This document shows, piece after piece, positions 9,348-19,326 of a stretch of 41,553 bases of DNA (the first letter of the stretch is position 1; the number at the start of each line of letters is the position of its first letter). The notes under the pieces are model-generated. The model was not told the origin of the DNA. It was given only the letters and a program-made list of their open reading frames with translations, and did no database searches. The DNA is taken from contig JBJMTY010000171.1 in NCBI GenBank assembly GCA_045811445.1, positions 1 to 41,553 on the forward strand, written 5' to 3'. Source of the DNA: Allosphingosinicella sp. GTDB taxonomy: Bacteria > Pseudomonadota > Alphaproteobacteria > Sphingomonadales > Sphingomonadaceae. A program made the position numbers and the translations under genes.

Positions 9348-12300
9348 CGCACTGTCTCGCTTTCCTGGGGCTGAACGGTCCGGGTCTGGGTGGGACGGTC
9401 CCTGAGCATCGGTGGAAGGACCGTCTGGAGGAGGTTGGTGGGGTCGTGGAGCGACCGCGCGGTGCCGATCACCGCGCGGAACGGGCCGCGGACGACGATG
9501 TTGAACTTGAACGGGACCTTGGCGAGCTGGGTCAGAGCGCGGTTGGCGATCATGCCCCTGATTCCGCCGCCGGGGGTCGCGGCCACCGATGGGTCGCGGG
9601 CGATGCCGTCGAGCTGGATCCCGGCGACGAACTCGCCGTCGAGCGAGCCGTTCAGCCTCACGACGAGCTTGTCGTAGCGCAGCGACTTCAGCGCATCGAA
9701 GGCGAGCTTGCCGTAGGCGCCGAGCTGGCGGTCGGTGAGCTCGCCGATGTAGGAGAGCGTGCCGCCCGGCGCGCGGGCGACCAGCCGGCCGTCGAGCACC
9801 TGCCCGCCCCGCTCGTCAAACAACATCGGCACGACGCCGTCGAACGTGCCGGTCGCCGAGATGTTGGCGAACTGCATCTGCTGGATGAACTCGGCCGCAT
9901 CCATGCCGGCGAGGTGGAAGGTGAGCCGCTTGGCTGTGGGCTTGGAGAAATCGAGCACAGTCTCGTCGAGGGTCAGCTCGCCGCCGGCGAACGGCCAGCG
10001 CGCCCCTTCGATCTTCACCCTGAGGTCCGGCAGCAGCCGGTAGCGGACGCGGCCGTCGAACACGTCGATGCCGGTGTGGATCGCGCCGACCTCGGCGACC
10101 TGCCCAGGCGCGGTGACGAGGCCGAGCAGGTCGGTGAAATGGATCGTCGTCGAAAGCTTCTCGACCGGCCCGAAGCTGGCGGCGAGATTCGTGCCTTGGG
10201 TGGTGAAGGTACCGGTGCTGCGCGTGCCCTGCGGACCCCAGCCGATGTCGGCGCGGCCGGATACGGTGCCGTCGACCAGGGCGACCACGCCGGTGGTGAG
10301 CGGCGTCAGCTGCTCGGGCTGATAGCCGCTCGGCTGGAAGCGCAGGCCCAGCACTTCGATCGCCGCCGCCCCCTCCCCGCTCGCCAGCGAATGGCGGATG
10401 TCGGCGGTGCCGAGGAACGTGCTGGTGTCCGGGTCCACCAGCCGGCCGCTGGCCGCAAGCCGGTTGTCGACGAGGGCCAGGCGGAAATCCTCGGCGGCGA
10501 CCGGATAGAAGCGCGCCGGCGCCGCGGCGTCCGAGACGCGCAGGCGGCCGTCCATGCCGAGACGGCCGTCGCGGAAGCTCCAGCGCCCTTGGCCCTGGTC
10601 GACCAGCAAGGGCACCGCCGCGAGCTTGCCCGAGAGGCCGGCATAATCGCCGGCGACGCCGCGGCCGAAGCGGCCCGAGAGCCGGGCGATGTCGAGCCGG
10701 CTCGCCGCCTCCGGCCGGCCGAGGCGGATAGCGAGGCTCGAAGCCGTGAAGGTCGGGCCGGCGAGGCCGACGAGCAGCCGCTGCCCGGCGATGGCGATCG
10801 GCGTGCCGCCGAGCGTGCCGGCGAAGCGCGGCGAGGGGATCGAGACGCCGCCCTCGGCCGCGCGGCCCGGCCGTTTCCAAAGCAGCCCCGGTCCGGTCGC
10901 GCACAGCGACAGGCGCGTGGGTCCGAGCCGCAGCGTGCCCGTCTCGAGCCGGGCGAAGGCGGCGGGCGTGCAGCCCGGATCGAAGACGAATCCGCCGCCA
11001 CCGATCCGGCCGTCGACCGGCAGCCTCAGCCCCCAGACCCGCCCGCCCGGGAACGGTCCGTCGGCATCGAGCAGGGTCCGCACCCGCGTCGCGCCACCGG
11101 CCGCGGCCGTGAAGCGAATGTCGGCGAGCGCCAGCCGGGCGGCGCCCGCCGCGTAGGACGCGATCCGCCCGGAGCCGGTGAGCGGCGCCCCCGGGCCGGG
11201 CTGCGACAGAGCGAAACGCGCGTCCGGCAGCCCGCCGCCCGACAAAGCCAGCAGCCCGTCGAGCGACGTGCCGCCTGCAGGCCAGCGCAAGGACAGGCCG
11301 TTGCCCGTCAGCGAGGCCCGCGCCCCGCTCGCGGCCGCGGCGTTCAGGCCCGCGATGCGCACGCCGCCGCCGCCATTCTCGATGCCGATCCTGATGTCAG
11401 CTGATGCGTCGAACCGCGCCAGCGCCCGCGCGACAGCGGCCGCCCAGGCATTGGTGATCGGCTCGACCGGGGTCCCCCTTGCCGAGCGCAATGCGGCCAC
11501 GATCGGCGCGGCGAGCGAGGCCGGCGCGGCGATGCCGGTGCCGCGCACGGCGAGCGCCGATGTGACCCGCCCCGTCTTCAGCGACAGCGAATAGACGCCG
11601 CCGGCATGGCTGCGGCCGGCGACGAAGCCGCTGGTGCGCAGCGCCGCGGCGGAGAGGTCGAGGCGGCCGCGGGTCTCGGCGAGCCGGCCGGCGAAGGTGA
11701 CGTCGCCGCCGATCCGCTCGGCCGTGTGCGCGCCCGCCTGGGCGCTCGCCGCCGCGAGGCGCGTTTCGCCGCGCCAGCCGGTGAGCGATGCGGTGAGGGT
11801 CGCGCCGAGGCGGAGCTCGGCCTGGCGCACCGTGAGGCCGCCGCAGGTCAGCGCCTCGAACCGCGCCGGACCGGCGAAGCTGGGCTGGAGGGTTTCGGTC
11901 GCCACGGTCCACCCCGCGTGGGCGCGCACGATGTCGCAGCGCCCGAGTCGCAGGCGGGGCGCCGCCGCCGCCATTCGCCCGGCGAAGCCGCTGGCGAGGT
12001 TGCCGCGTCCGGCGATGGCAAGGCCCACCCGGCCGGCCGGCGTGTCGAGCCGCACCGCGGCGTCGGCGAGATCGACGTCCTGGTCGGGCAGCCGGAACGG
12101 CGCCCCCGTAGGCGGGGGAAGCAGCTTGTCGAGCTCGCCGAAGCGCAGCTTGCCGCCGACCACGCGCCCGTAGAGCCGCACGCCGCGCGCGGTGACCAGC
12201 GACACTCGCGGCCGGCGGAAGCCCCAGCTCAGCCGCAGCTCGACCCAGCGGGCGGTGAGGTCGGGATGCGCCGGGTCGCCGAGCACCAGATTCTCGATTC

Positions 12301-12505
12301 GCTCGGTGCCGAAGCCGAGCCTCGTCACCTGGTAGGAGGCGCGGACGCCGCGCCGGGCGAGCTCCCTGCCGACATAGCCCGACGCGATGTCCTTGCGTTC
12401 CAGCCACCCGATCAGCAGGGCCAAAGCGGCGAACGCGGCGAGGCCGAGCAGCACCGGCCTCAGCCGCCGCCTGCGCCTCCCCGCCGTTTCCGCTACCTCG
12501 TCCAC
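9344..12505 (-). CDS. ydbH: YdbH-family AsmA-like intermembrane lipid-bridge protein
   Basis: 1053 aa with an N-terminal TM anchor and a Gly-rich beta-repeat body. The C-terminal WPFAGG...SATGTFDGVVP...AFDALKSLRY region fits YdbH. Sits in ydbH-ynbE-ydbL synteny. Confidence 0.85.
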   Translation of the reverse strand: MDEVAETAGRRRRRLRPVLLGLAAFAALALLIGWLERKDIASGYVGRELARRGVRASYQVTRLGFGTERIENLVLGDPAHPDLTARWVELRLSWGFRRPRVSLVTARGVRLYGRVVGGKLRFGELDKLLPPPTGAPFRLPDQDVDLADAAVRLDTPAGRVGLAIAGRGNLASGFAGRMAAAAPRLRLGRCDIVRAHAGWTVATETLQPSFAGPARFEALTCGGLTVRQAELRLGATLTASLTGWRGETRLAAASAQAGAHTAERIGGDVTFAGRLAETRGRLDLSAAALRTSGFVAGRSHAGGVYSLSLKTGRVTSALAVRGTGIAAPASLAAPIVAALRSARGTPVEPITNAWAAAVARALARFDASADIRIGIENGGGGVRIAGLNAAAASGARASLTGNGLSLRWPAGGTSLDGLLALSGGGLPDARFALSQPGPGAPLTGSGRIASYAAGAARLALADIRFTAAAGGATRVRTLLDADGPFPGGRVWGLRLPVDGRIGGGGFVFDPGCTPAAFARLETGTLRLGPTRLSLCATGPGLLWKRPGRAAEGGVSIPSPRFAGTLGGTPIAIAGQRLLVGLAGPTFTASSLAIRLGRPEAASRLDIARLSGRFGRGVAGDYAGLSGKLAAVPLLVDQGQGRWSFRDGRLGMDGRLRVSDAAAPARFYPVAAEDFRLALVDNRLAASGRLVDPDTSTFLGTADIRHSLASGEGAAAIEVLGLRFQPSGYQPEQLTPLTTGVVALVDGTVSGRADIGWGPQGTRSTGTFTTQGTNLAASFGPVEKLSTTIHFTDLLGLVTAPGQVAEVGAIHTGIDVFDGRVRYRLLPDLRVKIEGARWPFAGGELTLDETVLDFSKPTAKRLTFHLAGMDAAEFIQQMQFANISATGTFDGVVPMLFDERGGQVLDGRLVARAPGGTLSYIGELTDRQLGAYGKLAFDALKSLRYDKLVVRLNGSLDGEFVAGIQLDGIARDPSVAATPGGGIRGMIANRALTQLAKVPFKFNIVVRGPFRAVIGTARSLHDPTNLLQTVLPPMLRDRPTQTRTVQPQESETVR

Positions 12506-12612
12506 CCGGTCCCAACCTCCGCGCCCCGATCCCGTTCCGCCTCCGTCACCGTCTTGGCGGCGAAGCGCAAGCCGTTTGCCTCCGAACGCCGCCCGGCTTA
12601 ATCCTTCGCGCC

Positions 12613-13296
12613 ATGGGGACCGTGGTTCAGGACGGGAGCGGCCATCGCTCGCGGCTCAGGAAGAGGCTGTTCGACGGGGGCGCCGAGGCGCTGCACGAGC
12701 ACGAGCTGGTCGAATATCTCCTCGCTTTGGCCTTGCCCCGCCGAGACACCAAGCCGCTCGCCAAGAAGATGATCGCCGATTTCGGCGGCTTCGCCCAGCT
12801 CCTCTCGGCCGACGCCGACACGATCATGCGCCGCTGCCAGGTCAGCGAGAATGTGGCGGGCGCGATCAAGATCGCCCAGGCGACGGCGATCCGCTTCCTC
12901 AAGTCGCAGGTCGAGAACCAGCGCATCCTCGGCAGCTGGCAGGCGCTGATGGACTATCTCGCCGTCGACATGGGCTTCCTGCCGATCGAGCGGGTGCGGG
13001 TGCTGTACGTCAACGCCAAGAACGTCCTGATCCGCGACCAGGTGCTGTCGGAGGGCTCGGTCGACGAGGCGGCGGTCTATGTCCGCGAGGTGATACGCGG
13101 CGCGGTCGAATGCCACGCCAGCTCGCTCATCCTCGTCCACAACCACCCGAGCGGCGACCCGCAGCCGAGCCAGGCCGACATCCGCATGACCCGCGAAGTG
13201 ATCGACGCGGCCCGGCCGCTCCGCATCGCGGTCCACGACCACGTCATCGTCGGCGCGACGAAAGCCTACAGCCTCAAGCAGATGGGGCTGATCTAG
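12613..13296 (+). CDS. radC: RadC/JAB-domain protein
   Basis: GHRSRLR N-terminus and JAB motif HNHPSGDPQPSQAD...HDHVIVG. Confidence 0.95.
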   Translation: MGTVVQDGSGHRSRLRKRLFDGGAEALHEHELVEYLLALALPRRDTKPLAKKMIADFGGFAQLLSADADTIMRRCQVSENVAGAIKIAQATAIRFLKSQVENQRILGSWQALMDYLAVDMGFLPIERVRVLYVNAKNVLIRDQVLSEGSVDEAAVYVREVIRGAVECHASSLILVHNHPSGDPQPSQADIRMTREVIDAARPLRIAVHDHVIVGATKAYSLKQMGLI

Positions 13297-13302
13297 CCCG
13301 TG

Positions 13303-13331
13303 CGCCTCCCCACGCGATGCGCGGGGAGGCG
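13303..13331. repeat. GC-rich hairpin between convergent genes, REP-like or terminator
   Basis: CGCCTCCCC-ACGCGATGCGC-GGGGAGGCG; resembles the reverse complement of the outer hairpin at 8547-8575. Confidence 0.55.
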
Positions 13332-13338
13332 AGACCGG

Positions 13339-13923
13339 TCAGCGCCCGCCGCGGTTGCGGCAATTGTCGGTGCGGGTGCGGGTGCAAACCGGATAGGTCT
13401 TCGTGGCCTGATAAGGGCCGCCCTGGCCGGTATAGGCCGTGCCGGATCCGATCATTCCGGAGCCTGAGCCGGTGGCGCCGCTCGCCCCACTGGTCCCCCA
13501 GCCGCTGTCGCCGCTGGTCGAAGCGGTCGCCGAGCCGGAGGTTGTGCCGCCGGCGGTCGCGCCGGATTGCCAGGTCGTGTCGCCGTTCGAGGAGGCCGTC
13601 GCCATGCCGTTCTGGCCGGTGCCGCAGGTTGACGCCGCGGTGCCACGCGCGCCGTTGCGGTTGGCGCTGCGGGCGGTGCTCGCCGCGGCGCCCTGCGAAC
13701 AATTGCTGTGGGCGTCGGTCTGGGCGGTCTGGCCGGTGCGCATGCCGGGCTGCGCCTGCATCGTGCCGCCGTTCATCTGGGTGCCCATCGTCGAGGCGCC
13801 GCTGGTCGACTGGCTGGTGGCGCCCTGCATGGTCGGATCGTGGTCGTTGGTCGTGGTCCCGGTCTGCGCGGAAGCGGGGATGGCGAGCAGCATGGCGCTG
13901 CCCAGCAGAAGCGGTTTGAGCAT
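13339..13923 (-). CDS. Secreted Gly/Thr/Ser-rich hypothetical protein with C-terminal YPxC...DxC motif
   Basis: Signal peptide MLKPLLLGSAMLLAIPASA, AGGAGAG upstream of ATG 13923, a low-complexity body and the C-terminus YPVCTRTRTDNCRNRGGR. Confidence 0.8.
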   Translation of the reverse strand: MLKPLLLGSAMLLAIPASAQTGTTTNDHDPTMQGATSQSTSGASTMGTQMNGGTMQAQPGMRTGQTAQTDAHSNCSQGAAASTARSANRNGARGTAASTCGTGQNGMATASSNGDTTWQSGATAGGTTSGSATASTSGDSGWGTSGASGATGSGSGMIGSGTAYTGQGGPYQATKTYPVCTRTRTDNCRNRGGR

Positions 13924-13999
13924 AGAAGTCTCTCCTGTTTGTCGATACTTGTCACGCGGGCCTCGGATCGCCTGAAAAGAGACGGAGGCTCCCCTGGTC

Positions 14000-14025
14000 A
14001 ACGAAGCTCCGTCGAGCGCCGTTCC
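14000..14025 (-). promoter_or_regulatory. sigma-EcfG (general stress response) promoter
   Basis: Minus strand GGAAC-N17-CGTT is an exact match to the EcfG consensus, about 75 nt upstream of ATG 13923. Confidence 0.8.
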
Positions 14026-14098
14026 GGCTGCTCGTCGCGTTGATGCCGCAGGCCGACTTTGCTAGGCGACCGCTTCCCAACCTAGGTCAGGACCGCCG

Positions 14099-15415
14099 AT
14101 GATCCCGCGCTATTCGCGGCCCGCAATGGCCAGCCTCTGGAGCGCACAGACGCGCTACCGGATCTGGTTCGAGATCGAGGCCCATGCGCTCGACGCGATG
14201 GCCGAGCTCGGCACCGTCCCGAAGGAGGCGGCGCAGACAATCTGGTTCGCCGACGCCCATTCGCCCCCGTTCGACATCCAGCGGATCGACGCGATCGAGG
14301 CGGAGACCAAGCACGACGTCATCGCCTTTCTGACCCATGTCGCCGAGCGTACCGGCCCCTCCGCCCGCTTCCTCCACCAGGGCATGACCAGCTCGGACGT
14401 GCTCGACACCTGCCTGGCGGTCCAGCTCAGCCGCGCCGCGGACCTCCTGATCGAGGATCTCGACGCGCTGCTCGCGGTGCTGAAGCGCCGCGCCCTTGAG
14501 CACAAGCTCACCCCGACGATCGGCCGCAGCCACGGCATCCATGCCGAGCCCGTCACCTTCGGGCTCAAGCTCGCCTTTGCCTATGCCGAGTTCGACCGCG
14601 CCCGCGAGCGGATGCTTCGGGCGCGCGAGGAGATCGCGACCTGCGCCATCTCCGGCGCGGTCGGCACCTTCGCCAATATCGACCCCTGCGTCGAAGCCTA
14701 TGTGGCGGAGAAAATGGGCCTCCGGGTCGAGCCCATCTCGACCCAGATCATCCCGCGCGACCGCCACGCCATGTTCTTCGCGACCCTGGGCGTCGTCGCC
14801 TCGTCGGTGGAGCGGCTCGCCACCGAGGTCCGGCACCTGCAACGCACCGAAGTGCTGGAGGCGGAGGAATATTTCTCGCCGGGCCAGAAGGGCTCGTCGG
14901 CCATGCCGCACAAGCGCAACCCGGTGCTCAGCGAGAATCTGACCGGCCTCGCCCGCATGGTGCGCGGCTATGTCGCGCCGGCCCTGGAGAACGTCGCGCT
15001 CTGGCACGAGCGCGACATCAGCCATTCGTCGGTCGAGCGCTATATCGGCCCCGACGCCACCGTGACGCTCGATTTCGCGCTCGCCCGCCTCACCGGGCTC
15101 ATGGACAAGCTCCTCGTCTATCCGGAGCGCATGCGCCGCAACCTCGACCGGATGGGCGGCCTCGTCCATTCGCAGCGCGTGCTGCTCGCTTTGACCCAAG
15201 CCGGCGCCAGCCGCGAGGATGCCTACCGCCTCGTCCAGCGCGAAGCGATGAAGGTGTGGGAATCGGACGGCGCGCTGTCGCTGCTCGATCTGCTCAAGGC
15301 CGAACCGGAGGTGACCGCTCTGCTCCCGCCCGACCAGCTCGAGGAAAGCTTCGACCTCGCCTACCATTTGCGCCACGTGGACACGATCTTCGCCCGCATT
15401 TTCCGCGACGGGTGA
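14099..15415 (+). CDS. purB: Adenylosuccinate lyase
   Basis: MIPRYSRP, GRSHGIHAEP and the signature GSSAMPHKRNP. Confidence 0.98.
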   Translation: MIPRYSRPAMASLWSAQTRYRIWFEIEAHALDAMAELGTVPKEAAQTIWFADAHSPPFDIQRIDAIEAETKHDVIAFLTHVAERTGPSARFLHQGMTSSDVLDTCLAVQLSRAADLLIEDLDALLAVLKRRALEHKLTPTIGRSHGIHAEPVTFGLKLAFAYAEFDRARERMLRAREEIATCAISGAVGTFANIDPCVEAYVAEKMGLRVEPISTQIIPRDRHAMFFATLGVVASSVERLATEVRHLQRTEVLEAEEYFSPGQKGSSAMPHKRNPVLSENLTGLARMVRGYVAPALENVALWHERDISHSSVERYIGPDATVTLDFALARLTGLMDKLLVYPERMRRNLDRMGGLVHSQRVLLALTQAGASREDAYRLVQREAMKVWESDGALSLLDLLKAEPEVTALLPPDQLEESFDLAYHLRHVDTIFARIFRDG

Positions 15416-15471
15416 CTTGAAACCTGCCCGCGCCTGAGGCAGTGTCAGCGCGATCGGTAGGGGCGAATAAC

Positions 15472-17409
15472 TTGAAAAGACGTGATTTTCTGGCGCTCGC
15501 CGCGAGTGCGGCGGTGTTTCCGCGCGTGGCGCATGGGCAGGGAGCGGCGGCTGCGGCGGTCGCGGCGCCGCGTCCGGTCGAGGATTTCGCGGTGCTGCCG
15601 TTCATGGAGGATCCGAAGCTGTCGCCGGACGGCAGCAAGGTCGCCGCCAAGATCGCCATCCACGGCGAGCAATATTTCGCGATCATGCCTTTGTTCGGCG
15701 GGGTGCCGCCCGCGCTCGTGCGCAGCGCCGGCCAGGACATCAACTGGTGGCGCTGGGTCAGCGATTCCTGGCTGGTCGTGGGCATCGGCGCGATGGACAC
15801 GGTCGAGGGCACCGACATCTACCTGCGCCGCGCGATCGGCGTCGCGGCGGACGGCAAGAAAATCGTTCCCCTCCTCTTCCACGAAGCGGCGCAGGGCGGC
15901 GACGACGTGATCTGGGTCGCGACCGACGGCACGCCGCGGGTTCGCCTCGCGCTCCAGAAGTCGGTCTATCTGAGCAGCCCCGATTTCTGGCCGCAGGTCG
16001 TCGAGGTCGATGTCTCGACCGGCAAGTCCCGGTCGGTGGTTAAGCCGGTGGCCGACGTCACCGATTGGTATGCCGACGGCACCGGCGCGGTGCGGATCGG
16101 CATCGGCCGCCGCAACGAGGGCCGCTCCGTCCGCCTGCTCTACCGCGACAGCGACGAATCCGGCTTCCGCACTGTCGACCGGGCGGACTATCGCAAGGGA
16201 GAGGATCTGACCGTCCCGGCGCTGTTCCTGGCCGAGCCCGGCCAGGCGCTCGCGATCGACGATTCGGGCGGGTACGACGCAGTCCACAAGCTCGACCTCG
16301 CGACCCTGAAGATCGGCGAGAAGGTGTTCGGCGTCGACGGCTACGACATTGACGGGATTATCGCCGACCGGGCCGCAGGCAAGCTGCTCGGCATCGCCTA
16401 CACCGACAACGGTCCCGCCGTGCGCTGGCTCGACCCCGACCTCGCCGCCGCGCAGGACGCGATCGACAAGGCCGTTCCCGGCCGCCGCGCCTCCATCGTC
16501 TCGATGAACCGCGACCGCCAGCGGCTGCTCATCCATCTCGGCTCCGCGAGCCAGCCGGGCGCCTATTATTTCATGGACCTGGCCGACGGGCGCATGCAGC
16601 GGATCGCCTACGTAAACGAGCGGATCGGTTCCGCCAGCCTCAACCCGGTGCGCACCATCCGCTACAAGGCGCGCGACGGGCTGGAGATCGCCGCGATCCT
16701 GACCCTGCCCGCCCAGCGGCCGGCCAAGTCGCTCCCCGTCATCGTCATGCCGCACGGCGGCCCGTTCGCGCGCGATGGCGAGCAATGGGATTGGTGGAGC
16801 CAGTTCCTCGCCTCGCGCGGCTATGCCGTGATCCAGCCCAACTTCCGCGGCTCCTCGGGCTACGGCTCCGCGTTCGCCCGCAAGGGCAAGGGCCAATGGG
16901 GCCTCGCCATGCAGGACGATGTCGACGACGCGCTGGCCGAGCTCGGCCGCCTCGGCATCGCCGATACCAAGCGCGCGGCGATCGTCGGCGGCTCCTACGG
17001 CGGCTATGCGGCGCTGAGGGCCGCGCAACGCAACGGCGCCCTCTATCGCTGCGCCGTGTCCTTCGCCGGCGTCTCGGATCTCGCCGCTTTGCTGCGCTAC
17101 GACAGGGAATTCCTGAACAGCGGCAGCGCGCGCGACTGGCTGAAGACGCAGGCGCCCGACGTCGCCGGCGTCTCGCCGATCAACTTTCCGGCGCAATTCT
17201 CGATCCCCGTCCTGCTCGTGCACGGCAAGGCCGACCGCCGGGTTCCGGTCAAGCAGTCGCGCGAGATGGCGGAGAAACTGAGAGCGGCGGGCAAGGACTT
17301 CAAATATGTCGAGCAACCGCTCGGCGACCATTTCCTGTCGCGCGAGGCCGACCGCGTCGCCTTCCTGCAGGGCCTCGAAGACTTCCTGAAGCAGCACAAC
17401 CCGGCCTGA
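15472..17409 (+). CDS. S9 (prolyl oligopeptidase/DPP-like) peptidase with Tat signal
   Basis: TTG start gives MKRRDFLALA (twin-arginine). PHGGP, QPNFRGSSGYG, GGSYGG nucleophile, HGKADRRV and GDHF motifs are present. Confidence 0.9.
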   Translation: MKRRDFLALAASAAVFPRVAHGQGAAAAAVAAPRPVEDFAVLPFMEDPKLSPDGSKVAAKIAIHGEQYFAIMPLFGGVPPALVRSAGQDINWWRWVSDSWLVVGIGAMDTVEGTDIYLRRAIGVAADGKKIVPLLFHEAAQGGDDVIWVATDGTPRVRLALQKSVYLSSPDFWPQVVEVDVSTGKSRSVVKPVADVTDWYADGTGAVRIGIGRRNEGRSVRLLYRDSDESGFRTVDRADYRKGEDLTVPALFLAEPGQALAIDDSGGYDAVHKLDLATLKIGEKVFGVDGYDIDGIIADRAAGKLLGIAYTDNGPAVRWLDPDLAAAQDAIDKAVPGRRASIVSMNRDRQRLLIHLGSASQPGAYYFMDLADGRMQRIAYVNERIGSASLNPVRTIRYKARDGLEIAAILTLPAQRPAKSLPVIVMPHGGPFARDGEQWDWWSQFLASRGYAVIQPNFRGSSGYGSAFARKGKGQWGLAMQDDVDDALAELGRLGIADTKRAAIVGGSYGGYAALRAAQRNGALYRCAVSFAGVSDLAALLRYDREFLNSGSARDWLKTQAPDVAGVSPINFPAQFSIPVLLVHGKADRRVPVKQSREMAEKLRAAGKDFKYVEQPLGDHFLSREADRVAFLQGLEDFLKQHNPA

Positions 17410-17467
17410 TCGCGCTTTTCACGCCGCCGGATAGGGCTATGGGGAGCCTCCCGCGAGGAGATGCGCC

Positions 17468-18172
17468 ATGCCCGATCTTTCCGCCTTCCCGATCGCCCGC
17501 CGCTGGCCGGCAGTGCACCCCGACCGGCTGCAGCTCTACTCGCTGAACACGCCCAACGGCGTGAAGGTTTCGATCATGCTCGAGGAGATCGCCCTCCCCT
17601 ACGAGCCGCACCTCGTCGACATCGGCAAAGGCGAGAGCCACGCGCCGGAGTTCCTCTCGCTCAACCCGAACGGCAAGATACCCGCCATCCTCGATCCCGA
17701 CGGCCCCGGCGGAGCGCCGCTCGGCCTGTTCGAATCGGGCGCGATCCTGCTCTACCTCGCCGAGAAGACGGGCCGGCTGATCCCCGCCGATCCGGCGCGG
17801 CGGTGGGAGACGATCGCCTGGCTCATGTTCCAGATGGGCGGCCTGGGGCCGATGTTCGGCCAAGTGGGTTATTTCAACCGCTTCGCCGGCAGGGCGATCG
17901 AGGACAAGCGCCCGCTCCAGCGCTACCTTGATGAGGCCAAAAGGCTGCTCGGCGTGCTCGAGGCGCGGCTCGACGGGCGCGAGTGGATCATGGACGGCGA
18001 CTATACGATCGCCGACGTCTCGATGCTCGGCTGGGTGCGCAACCTCGTCACTTTCTACGAGGCGCGCGAGCTCGTCGGCTTCGACTCGTTCGCAAGCGTC
18101 GCCGCCTGGCTCGAGCGCGGCCTCGCGCGCCCGGCGGTCCAGCGGGGCCTCGAAATACCCAGCCGCGGCTAG
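17468..18172 (+). CDS. Glutathione S-transferase (YfcG/YghU-like)
   Basis: TPNGVKV, LNPNGKIPAI, FESGAILLYLAEK, FQMGGLGPMFGQ and YTIAD motifs. Confidence 0.93.
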   Translation: MPDLSAFPIARRWPAVHPDRLQLYSLNTPNGVKVSIMLEEIALPYEPHLVDIGKGESHAPEFLSLNPNGKIPAILDPDGPGGAPLGLFESGAILLYLAEKTGRLIPADPARRWETIAWLMFQMGGLGPMFGQVGYFNRFAGRAIEDKRPLQRYLDEAKRLLGVLEARLDGREWIMDGDYTIADVSMLGWVRNLVTFYEARELVGFDSFASVAAWLERGLARPAVQRGLEIPSRG

Positions 18173-18200
18173 TGCGTTGATGAATCAGGTTGGACCATCT

Positions 18201-18292
18201 CGTCATGCCGGACTTGATCCGGCATCCACCTTTTTTCTTGGCTATCCGGGTGATTGAAGAAAGGTGGACCCCGGATCAAGTCCGGGGTGACG
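18201..18292. repeat. CGTC-type REP doublet (92 bp)
   Basis: CGTCATGCCGGACTTGATCCGGCATCCA...TGGACCCCGGATCAAGTCCGGGGTGACG: two inverted REP hairpins between convergent genes. Confidence 0.85.
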
Positions 18293-18316
18293 ATATCATT
18301 CTAAAGGTCGAATGCC

Positions 18317-19294
18317 CTAGCGCGGGCCCGCCACCTCGGGCCAGCCGTGCCGCCAGACGAGGCGGTCGACGAGCATGACCCGGCGGGTGTTGACGGGATC
18401 GCCCGGCCGCCGGGTGTCGATGGCGTGGTAGACGATCCAGTCGCGGCCGGCGCGATCCTGGACGACGCTGTTGTGCCCCGGCGCCAGCCACCGGCCGCGG
18501 GCGACCAGGATCGGCGCGCCGCGTTTCTCGAAAGGCCCCGTGGCGCTGTGCGAGCGAGCGACCATGACGGCGTAATGGGCGTCCTTCCCGCAGCAATTGT
18601 CGCCGGAATAGAAGAGGTAATACCAGCCGCCGCGGCGCACCATCCAGGCGCCTTCGACCAGTTCCTCGTAATCGCCGCCCTTCACCGGCGGGACGAGGTC
18701 GACGGCCGCGCTGCCGGGGGCGAAGGAGATGCGGTCGCTCGCCAGCTCGCGCACCTTGATCGGCTGGAAGCCGGAGCCCCAATAGAGCAGGCGCTTGCCG
18801 GTCGCGGGGTCGTCGAAGGCCATCGGATCGATGTTGACGAAGCTCTCGCCGCATTGGAGCGGCCGGCCGACATCGGTGAACGGGCCCTCCGGCCGATCGG
18901 CGATGGCGACCGCCAGGCACAGGCCCTTCCTCTCGTCCGTAAGCACGGCGTCGGGCTTGGCGGAAAAATAGAGGAAGTAGCGCCCGTCGCGGCGGACGGC
19001 GTGAGGCGCCCAGAAGTCCCACGTCCGGCTCGCCCAGGCGGGCTTGACCGGCAGCGCGTCGCCGAGCCGGGTCCAGTGGAGGAGATCGCGCGAGCGGGCG
19101 ACCTGGAGATTGATCCTCACCCCGTCGCGCTCGGTCTGCGTCGCGTAAGCGTAATAATAGCCGTCGGGGGCGCGCAGCACCGCCGGGTCCGGAAAATCGG
19201 CGTCGATCGCCGGTTCGGGATGGATTGCCGGCCGGGCGGAGGGCGTGGCGCAGGCGGCGAGAGCCAGGACCAGAGCGAGAATAAGGACGCGCAT
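18317..19294 (-). CDS. Glycoside hydrolase family 43, probable lipoprotein
   Basis: LAAC lipobox, catalytic motifs FPDP, WAP, IDP and VEG, and APGHNSV. Confidence 0.9.
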   Translation of the reverse strand: MRVLILALVLALAACATPSARPAIHPEPAIDADFPDPAVLRAPDGYYYAYATQTERDGVRINLQVARSRDLLHWTRLGDALPVKPAWASRTWDFWAPHAVRRDGRYFLYFSAKPDAVLTDERKGLCLAVAIADRPEGPFTDVGRPLQCGESFVNIDPMAFDDPATGKRLLYWGSGFQPIKVRELASDRISFAPGSAAVDLVPPVKGGDYEELVEGAWMVRRGGWYYLFYSGDNCCGKDAHYAVMVARSHSATGPFEKRGAPILVARGRWLAPGHNSVVQDRAGRDWIVYHAIDTRRPGDPVNTRRVMLVDRLVWRHGWPEVAGPR

Positions 19295-19326
19295 GCCCGC
19301 AGCCTAGACCCTGGTCGCCCCTTGGC

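Noticed and set aside
12613-13296. radC as a marker of a mobile or anti-defence island
   Set aside because: It is the full-length chromosomal type next to purB, with host-like composition and no mobility genes.
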